Part shown: positions 63,901 through 64,000 of the stretch, piece by piece
Position numbering within the stretch: the stretch's first letter is position 1
Layout of the letters: each line of letters opens with the position of its first letter
From: Alphaproteobacteria bacterium
GTDB taxonomy: Bacteria; Pseudomonadota; Alphaproteobacteria; UBA2966
NCBI GenBank assembly: GCA_965200265.1
Contig: OZ241357.1
Location: 1,731,003-1,795,002 of the forward strand
Direction of reading: 5' to 3'
DNA length: 64,000 nt
Made by a program: the position numbers and the translations under genes
Notes under the pieces: model-generated
Database searches by the model: none
Told to the model about the DNA's origin: nothing
Seen by the model: only the letters and a program-made list of their open reading frames with translations

Positions 63901-64000
63901 ACGCCGGGCGGGTCGTTGGTCAGGTTGAGGCTGTCGGAGGCCGTTCCCGAGACCGTCACCGACTTGTTCGGCGCGTCGGTGGTGTTGTCCACCGCCGTCA
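57924..64000 (-). CDS. Giant Calx-beta-repeat adhesin with C-terminal autotransporter-type beta-barrel. 5' end beyond the window.
   Basis: More than 2,000 aa in-window. About 100-aa repeats ending ...TLTI(T/R)DDE/ATLTLEDDE (Calx-beta-like VTVTIxDDD signature), with recurring ...GLVTVTGVDNNVD.... The C-terminal ~300 aa are Gly/Ser-rich with alternating hydrophobics, ending ...GAGLELRLRW (terminal aromatic residue typical of autotransporter/OMP barrels). Confidence 0.7.
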   Translation of the reverse strand, partial: TAVDNTTDAPNKSVTVSGTASDSLNLTNDPPGVTLAIADDDAGPGVTLALNPASIAEPSGVSTVTATLSHPSSEPSTVTVTAVSGAYTAGTDATIVIAAGATTNATDTATIRVVDDDLHHGNAGRSATVTAALTNGQGAGSVTGASLTITDDENLPTASLLIDPLSGSISENGGIATVTAQLAGLSGKSSEATTVTVTVTAVASSGAVAGDFTQSGTTLTIAAGSRTSTGLVTVTGVDNNVDAANKLLRLSATATGGNGIQNPGLAALTLTNDDDATATLVLDPSTILEDRGVSTVTARLSHPTTEAATLTVAATAVSPADAMDFTLSSTTTLTIAANATTSTGLVTVTGVDNNDATGNRQVTVSATAAGGRGVSNPSAATLILRDDEFGLSESAVSGQATEAGGTATFTVRLNTQPTAEVTVAVTSRDTSEGTVSPPTLTFTTGDWSTAQTVTVTGVQDSIDDGTVTWQVRLDTSSSGDSNYNGLDDVNVDVTTTDDDGPPTVTMALSPSSVAENGGLATVTARLSHGSGAATTLTVAAVSGAFTVGSDATIVIPAEATAAPTDTVLVTAVDNTTDEPNRTATVTATAANARAVADSTTMTVTGATLTLEDDESAPGATLALNPASVSENGGIATVTATLSGPSSEPSTVTVTSVSGAYTAGTDATIVIAAGSTTAASDTATVAGVDDDVHQGTAGRSVTVTGTLANGQGAGAVTGAALTLTDDETLPTVALVLGPASISENGGVSSVTATLSGPSSAATTVTVAAAAVASTNAVAGDFTLSTATTLTIAAGSTTSAGTVTVTGVDNNVDTGTDADKQVTVTAMAAGGNGVAAPPAVTLTITDDDATATAALVLNPSAISENGGISTVTARLSHPATQAATLTVATTAVAPAVAGNFTRTGNTLTIAAGSTTSAGLVTVTGVDNNDADGNKRVSVSATAAGGHGVSDPSVATLTIRDDEFGLDLVGATGLTVTEAGGTATFTVALLTRPSAAVTVAVSSRDTGEGTVSPSSLTFTTGNWNAARTVTVTGVDDDVDDGNVPWQVRLDPMSGGDGNYDGIDENVDVTTTDDDDAPGVTLALAPSSVTEDGGVSTVTARLSHPSSADTTVTVTASPVSPAVAGDFTLSTAATLTIAAGSISSGGVVTITANHDTVDTPNKMVRVSAMGNPGNSRATADSMTMTVTAATLTIRDIDEKGLLLIAAGTTAGVVAVDVAGGGAGYTVELTSQPTGPVTVAVTSDNDDVSVDPRRLTFAVSAWNAPQTVTVTAEADEDDLADTASLTHTVSGGGYGGVTGTLTVAVDEDGDTGIVTDGAAGETTYNVNGHLVTQTVEESVSEDVVEFQLPRNLDRPVTVTVAALSGGRAAAEAESGWSLGPEEARVAVDIDVSPAVAVQRLCLRVTDALRTAARGRTLILLHDGAPLPGGSRDEGTRVCAADVASFSPFAVGYKDTVPEFDYTLTAMVFTVDEAIDPPVTLREAQGGDSTSHELGPRPLVLPPGLRFDDATRVLSGTPTEEFAERRYTWTATDDIDPEQQDVLEFTIEVVSTLKKARARYAAVNRSVLPELSRATWGSVVEAVTGRLESSGAGSGMADTLASALKAREGMQDKSGVTWRDVVEGRTFAVALGGDGGSGGGSGSGADGGVGGSGSGSSAVVWGGGSRRSLALDKGSLDWSGDLFAAHVGMDALLGEGLRGGLAASWIEGEIEYTDRSGDEAVTGVHVSRLAAVHPYLGWSGADGSRLWGALGYGEGEIEIADTEFVERFGVQKGDSAFVGVAVGGSVPVVSANGLVVSVKGSGEATRYSVDDNGLALAEVSVDTRRVRLAAEARRTWALAGGGAFTPSLEVGARWDGGDGETGAGMELGGGVEWTLPSRGLSVEARGRALVAHQGDVEEWGVSGTARLSPGSGGRGLSLALSPRWGASESGLARLWDEGMTGRASPGATADAAADTVHLEAEVGYGIGFWEGSGLATPHAGVGYGNDGERRYRLGTRFAFGPDVAVGLQAERKEGTATPEHGAGLELRLRW

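Overview
The window is a 64-kb stretch of a very GC-rich (about 70% GC), gene-dense chromosome with alphaproteobacterial-type synteny (ispH-thrB-rnhA; ctaC-ctaD-ctaB-ctaG-ctaE-SURF1-thrC; hda/pgsA divergent from purM-purN; ppk-ppx). Many of the long ORFs in the six-frame track are Arg/Gly/Pro-rich antisense or out-of-frame artefacts of GC-rich coding DNA, and were rejected. Most of the content is housekeeping: rnd, ppx/ppk, purMN, ndk, gcvHP, ispH, thrB, rnhA, thrC, cytochrome c oxidase and its assembly genes, peptidases. Accessory or unusual content, from left to right:
1. A large Eco57I/PglX-family N6-adenine DNA methyltransferase (type IIG-like), truncated at the window start and missing from the ORF track because it has no in-window stop.
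2. A family of 7-mer-array hairpin (REP-like) intergenic elements at four sites.
3. A catabolic island: two paralogous FAD monooxygenases, an amidohydrolase, a SnoaL-like protein, a ProVWX-type ABC transporter, an alpha/beta hydrolase, and a GcvT homolog fused to a lipoyl-lysine-less GcvH-like domain.
4. A 500-bp composite tandem repeat (GTGTGCAA units) in a convergent intergenic region.
5. A tandem glycine riboswitch controlling gcvH-gcvP with no gcvT beside it.
6. A type I-G/I-U (Csb-variant) CRISPR-Cas locus: cas3 (helicase with C-terminal HD), csb3-like, cas7/csb1, cas5-6/csb2, leader and a 17-repeat array. There is no cas1, cas2 or cas4 nearby.
7. Downstream of rnhA, a two-gene module: a HipT-like kinase (HipA core only) plus a HipS-like N-domain fused to a HIRAN domain. 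This is the best candidate for an uncharacterised toxin-antitoxin or defence-type system in the window.
8. Three tandem DUF1640-like coiled-coil membrane proteins with an intragenic 21-bp VNTR, followed by a small MazE-like ORF and a giant Calx-beta-repeat autotransporter that runs off the window end.
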